From IMG/VR virus record IMGVR_UViG_3300025885_000007: DNA of 42,768 nt; one strand, written 5' to 3'. Position 1 is the first letter of the stretch, and every line of letters begins with the position of its first letter. The position numbers were made by a program, and so were the translations under genes. Of the stretch, positions 39,659 through 42,768 are shown piece after piece. Origin of the DNA: a virus. The notes under the pieces were generated by a model. That model was given only the letters and a program-made list of their open reading frames with translations. It did no database searches and was not told the DNA's origin.

Positions 39659-40615
39659 CTACGTGTTGATGACGCCGGTGATCGCTCCCCACGAGCTTGG
39701 ATGGTCGATCTGCAAAGTTGCCTCGAGCAAAACAATTCCCTGCGTGTGATCTCCCGCCTTCCCCATCGGCTTATGCTGTGCCGGCCGCAGGACAGCCAGC
39801 TTGGCCATGGAGCGGTCGCCCATGTAGTAGGCACCCGAAGCCACGGTGGTGAGCGGGATGAAACGGTCGGTGATGACCGCGAACAACTGGCCGAACGGAG
39901 ACTCGAACACGTCCACGTTCATGCTCAGACGGTTATCCACCGCCGCGATGTTGCGAGCGTTGATGCTGGTGCCGATGGTCTGGAGGAAGAACTGATACTT
40001 GGAACGAGGTGCGAACCAGAGCGAGTCAGGCTCTGCCCCGTTGGTGAACATGGTCTGGGCCAGCAGGGCAATGTCTGCGGTCAGCACCACGCCGGAAGCG
40101 GAAGCCGAGGTGAAAATGGCCCCGTTGCCGAACGTACCCAGGAATCCTGCCATACGAGGCGGAGTGCTGGCGGTGATACCCGATGCTGAAGCGGCTGAAG
40201 CGACGCCGATGGTCCAGAACCGTGACTCACAGTCCCGGGCGATGTCCTTGAAGCCCTTCATCACCTGGTGTTCGTAGAAATCCCGGATTCCGGCAGGCTT
40301 CACCGCTCGTTCGCGGTCCGAGACCTGAACGTGCTTGGAGAAGATCTGCGTGTAGTTGTAGAGCCGGACCGGGGTGGTCAGGGAAGCCGCGAGGAAGTTG
40401 ACGCCTTCTGACGTCCCCGCGGTTGAAGTTGCGTCCAGTGCGTCGATGGCCCAGCTATGGACCACGTCTGTTGCCCTGATCTTGGGCATCGAACTGAACA
40501 TCGGGGTCTGGAACGAGTCGATGATCGTCACCAGATCCATCAAGTCTTCGTGCTGTGGCGCAGTCGCTGAAGGCCATGAGCCTACGTCATAGGTAGTTCC
40601 AGATGCAGCCGCCAT
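39659..40615 (-). CDS. Major capsid protein (HK97 fold, DUF5309/SU10-type), 318 aa
   Basis: DLMDLVTIIDSFQTPMFSSMPKIRATDVVHSWAIDAL N-terminal motif. Lies after the scaffold gene. Confidence 0.85.
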   Translation of the reverse strand: MAAASGTTYDVGSWPSATAPQHEDLMDLVTIIDSFQTPMFSSMPKIRATDVVHSWAIDALDATSTAGTSEGVNFLAASLTTPVRLYNYTQIFSKHVQVSDRERAVKPAGIRDFYEHQVMKGFKDIARDCESRFWTIGVASAASASGITASTPPRMAGFLGTFGNGAIFTSASASGVVLTADIALLAQTMFTNGAEPDSLWFAPRSKYQFFLQTIGTSINARNIAAVDNRLSMNVDVFESPFGQLFAVITDRFIPLTTVASGAYYMGDRSMAKLAVLRPAQHKPMGKAGDHTQGIVLLEATLQIDHPSSWGAITGVINT

Positions 40616-40638
40616 TCCTTGGCTCCTTCAAGGTTCCT

Positions 40639-41376
40639 TTATTGATTCAGGAACTCGTCGCTGATTGCTGTTTTGAGACGGGTCTTGGCATAGCGGGTGG
40701 CATCGCTTGGGCTTCCCGTCTTCTGCCACTGCTCCCAGGCGTTGGCCACTTCGTTCTGGTTGCCGTTGATCCTCCGGGCGTCTCCGCTGCGAGACATCGG
40801 GATTCCGGCGTGGCTGCTGGCTTCCTGCATCAGGCTCTCGGACCCGTCAGGCTGAACCTGCCGTCTCCTAGACTCTCCGAACTTCAGGAAGGCGTACTCG
40901 AATGCAGCCACCGGATCGGTGGAGAAGATGCGCTGGTAACTCTGATTGAGGTTGGGATCGGACTGGATGAACTGAGCCACATCAGCCTCGAACTTGTTGT
41001 AGTCCGGGTACTGAGCCAGCACGGTGTTGCGAGCCGTCATCCCGGCCGCAATCGGCGCAAACGCACTCTGGAGTTTGTCGTTGACGTACTGGTCTAGAGC
41101 ATCAACGGGAACTCCGAACTCGGACAGGCGGTCGGAGGGGGTATTCCTCTGGGGGACATTCTGGCGCGGGGTTGCCTGCGCCTGGTAGGACTGAAGTAGC
41201 TGTCCCCTGGTGGCTTCGAGTTCGTCGTGGAGGCGCTTAGCCTCGGCACTGGACGAACCGTACCTTCCTTCCAACTGTCGATAGGCGTTGGCCAACTGCT
41301 CTGGAGTCTGGAATCCGGCCAGTTCGGGATTCAGGTTCTGGTTAGGAACCTGCGGTGCTTCCTGGGGCTCTGCCAT
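40639..41376 (-). CDS. Scaffolding protein, 245 aa
   Basis: Lies between the portal and capsid genes. Helical, Gln/Glu-rich composition. Confidence 0.6.
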   Translation of the reverse strand: MAEPQEAPQVPNQNLNPELAGFQTPEQLANAYRQLEGRYGSSSAEAKRLHDELEATRGQLLQSYQAQATPRQNVPQRNTPSDRLSEFGVPVDALDQYVNDKLQSAFAPIAAGMTARNTVLAQYPDYNKFEADVAQFIQSDPNLNQSYQRIFSTDPVAAFEYAFLKFGESRRRQVQPDGSESLMQEASSHAGIPMSRSGDARRINGNQNEVANAWEQWQKTGSPSDATRYAKTRLKTAISDEFLNQ

Positions 41377-41393
41377 CTGAGGTTTCCTTCCTC

Positions 41394-41425
41394 TCCGGGA
41401 TTACCGGAAGCCCGGGATTGCCGGG
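41394..41425 (-). promoter_or_regulatory. Two tandem near-identical stem-loops upstream of the scaffold gene
   Basis: TCCGG-gatta-CCGGA (41394-41408) and CCCGG-gattg-CCGGG (41411-41425). Confidence 0.45.
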
Positions 41426-41427
41426 TG

Positions 41428-41733
41428 CTACCTCGGGATGTGACTCCCGTTTTCCTGGCCCTGGAGTTCTTCCAGGTGCCGGTTGTAATCAAACACCTTG
41501 ATCTCGTTCTGAAACGCTGCTGCGAGCCACTGACTGTCCTTGATGATGGCTCTCAGCACCGCATCGTCGGTGTCTTTGAACTCTCCCCCCGCTGCTAGGC
41601 GTTCGTCCCGAGAGAGAGTCAAGGCATCCAGGGCTTGCTTGCCGCGGTTGAGCGTGGCCGGGACGACCACTTCAGTCCATCCGGGCATCATGACCATGGC
41701 CCGGAGCTTATGGACTTGATCTTCGTTCAGCAT
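41428..41733 (-). CDS. Hypothetical protein, 101 aa
   Basis: ATGA overlap with the portal stop. Confidence 0.5.
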   Translation of the reverse strand: MLNEDQVHKLRAMVMMPGWTEVVVPATLNRGKQALDALTLSRDERLAAGGEFKDTDDAVLRAIIKDSQWLAAAFQNEIKVFDYNRHLEELQGQENGSHIPR

Positions 41734-42768
41734 CAGGCCGCCGCCATCGGTGCAGGACCTTGAGAGTTGAACAGTTGGGACAAGACGTCTGGGCTCATCT
41801 GCTCCAGGGGACTGGAAGCAGCTCCTGCGACTGCTTGGGGGCTGGTTCCATTATCCTGGGCGATCTGGTTCACCATCGGCACCTGTTTCACTAGCAGTTC
41901 TTCCACGCTGGTAAAGTCGAACAGGAGGAAAGCCTGTCGGGCGAAGTTGGCCCAGTTGACCAGTTGCATTAGCGCCGGATTGCTCGACATCATCTGCAAG
42001 AGGCCCAGCATGTTCTGCTGCCTGACACTCCGCCCCATCATCTGGGAAGCGCCAACTGCTCTGGCCCGATAGTCGGGGGCCAGATCCTCATAGTCAATCC
42101 TCGTGTTCTCGGGCGGATAGGGAAGCCCTGTCACGGGGTTGATCGTTGCCAGACTTCCCAGGATCTTGATCTCGTGCGGGAGCGGAAGCAGAAGTCTATC
42201 GAGAGAGCGGAAGGCATTCGCCAGCGGCTCGATGAATCCCTCTTCGGCCATCCGGGCTTCCAGAGAGAGTCGGGTCAGAGCATTTTCCTGACGTCCCAGG
42301 AAGCCTCGGGCAGTCTCACGACTGCTTCCGGCTTGCCCCATGATGGCTTCAGTCTCTCCGGTTCCCAGCTGCATCATTTGGAAGAGACGTGCGATCTCTT
42401 CGTTCCCGACCTGAACTCCACGCATATCCGGACTCAGAGCCCGGATGCTGGTCTCGTCGGCTGGACCATCGACCAGAATGACCCGTCCCGACCTTGAGAA
42501 CAGGTTCTGGGTGTTGATGTTCGCAGAACTGGAGACGACGTACTGGTTGTCGATCAAGAGGTCGATGGCATCCAGTCTCTGGTTGTTCAGTCGGTCCGCG
42601 GTCTGCTGGGGGCCGTAGGCGATTTCAGCTTTTCCGACGCCATCGAACGAGTAGGGGTCGGACATCGGCGAGTAGGAGGCGAAGGGCTTCTGCTGGTTGG
42701 GCATCGGGCCTTCGCGGTTCTTCATCACCACCTTGCCATTGCCGATGGCGATACAGCGATGCCTCATT
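41733..42768 (-). CDS. Portal protein, C-terminal part (continues from 974..100 through the junction)
   Basis: Same frame as 1..974. The track ATG at 42767 is internal. Confidence 0.8.
   Translation of the reverse strand, partial: MRHRCIAIGNGKVVMKNREGPMPNQQKPFASYSPMSDPYSFDGVGKAEIAYGPQQTADRLNNQRLDAIDLLIDNQYVVSSSANINTQNLFSRSGRVILVDGPADETSIRALSPDMRGVQVGNEEIARLFQMMQLGTGETEAIMGQAGSSRETARGFLGRQENALTRLSLEARMAEEGFIEPLANAFRSLDRLLLPLPHEIKILGSLATINPVTGLPYPPENTRIDYEDLAPDYRARAVGASQMMGRSVRQQNMLGLLQMMSSNPALMQLVNWANFARQAFLLFDFTSVEELLVKQVPMVNQIAQDNGTSPQAVAGAASSPLEQMSPDVLSQLFNSQGPAPMAAA
42670..42768. repeat. 99-bp terminal direct repeat, copy 2
   Basis: Identical to 1..99. Confidence 0.95.

Noticed and set aside
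39532-39834. ORF overlapping the capsid 3' end and extending past its stop: a possible T7 gene 10B-like frameshift extension
   Set aside because: It is in the +1 frame, not -1. The -1 frame stops almost at once. The extension peptide (AWRGMVRQGTVRWGWARPGKARTRRGAG) is just the translation of the pentamer array, and I saw no slippery site.
1-42768. CRISPR array, integrase/excisionase, CI/Cro-type repressor, transposase, DNA or RNA polymerase, primase or helicase
   Set aside because: I looked for spaced repeats and for the usual motifs on both strands and found none. The only repeat arrays are the 10-bp iterons and the 5-nt-phased arrays, which have no spacer structure. Absence of small HTH regulators cannot be proven by eye.

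Overview
The window is one complete, circularly closed, GC-rich dsDNA tailed-phage genome. Bases 1-99 are identical to 42670-42768, so about 42.67 kb is unique and the linearisation point splits the portal gene.

Gene order is podovirus-like. There are two divergent transcription blocks separated by a control region at about 10.26-11.21 kb, converging at about 25.75 kb.

- **Minus block (10260 down through 1, wrapping to 25796):** a replisome-organizer-like gene with 10-bp-phased iterons inside it, small genes, two zinc-ribbon proteins, TerS and TerL, a sugar-modification cassette (C-methyltransferase, FkbM methyltransferase, GT9-like glycosyltransferase), portal, scaffold, HK97-fold capsid, a second glycosyltransferase, adaptor, nozzle, tail fibre, internal virion proteins, and a multi-gene lysis cassette.
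- **Plus block (11211-25729):** a promoter-to-hairpin SPFH lipoprotein cassette, then about 45 mostly small, translationally coupled genes. These include three HNH nucleases, a Cas4-like nuclease, a MazG-like protein, two C5-cytosine methyltransferases, RusA and FN3 proteins.

I recognised no tRNA, rRNA, CRISPR array, integrase, repressor, DNA polymerase or RNA polymerase.

Most interesting observations:
- A candidate virion glycosylation and sugar-methylation system spread over two late-gene sites.
- Two inverted arrays of 5-nt-phased GGNNN/CCNNN repeats in two of the few sizeable intergenic gaps of the structural operon.
- In-gene iterons with inverted copies at the gene's own promoter.
- Sigma54-like -24/-12 motifs in two of the few sizeable gaps of the plus operon.
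- Junction repeats around a methyltransferase cassette.
- Many sub-60-codon bridging ORFs with ATGA/GTGA overlaps that the ORF track misses.

All family assignments come from motif recognition by eye, not from database searches.
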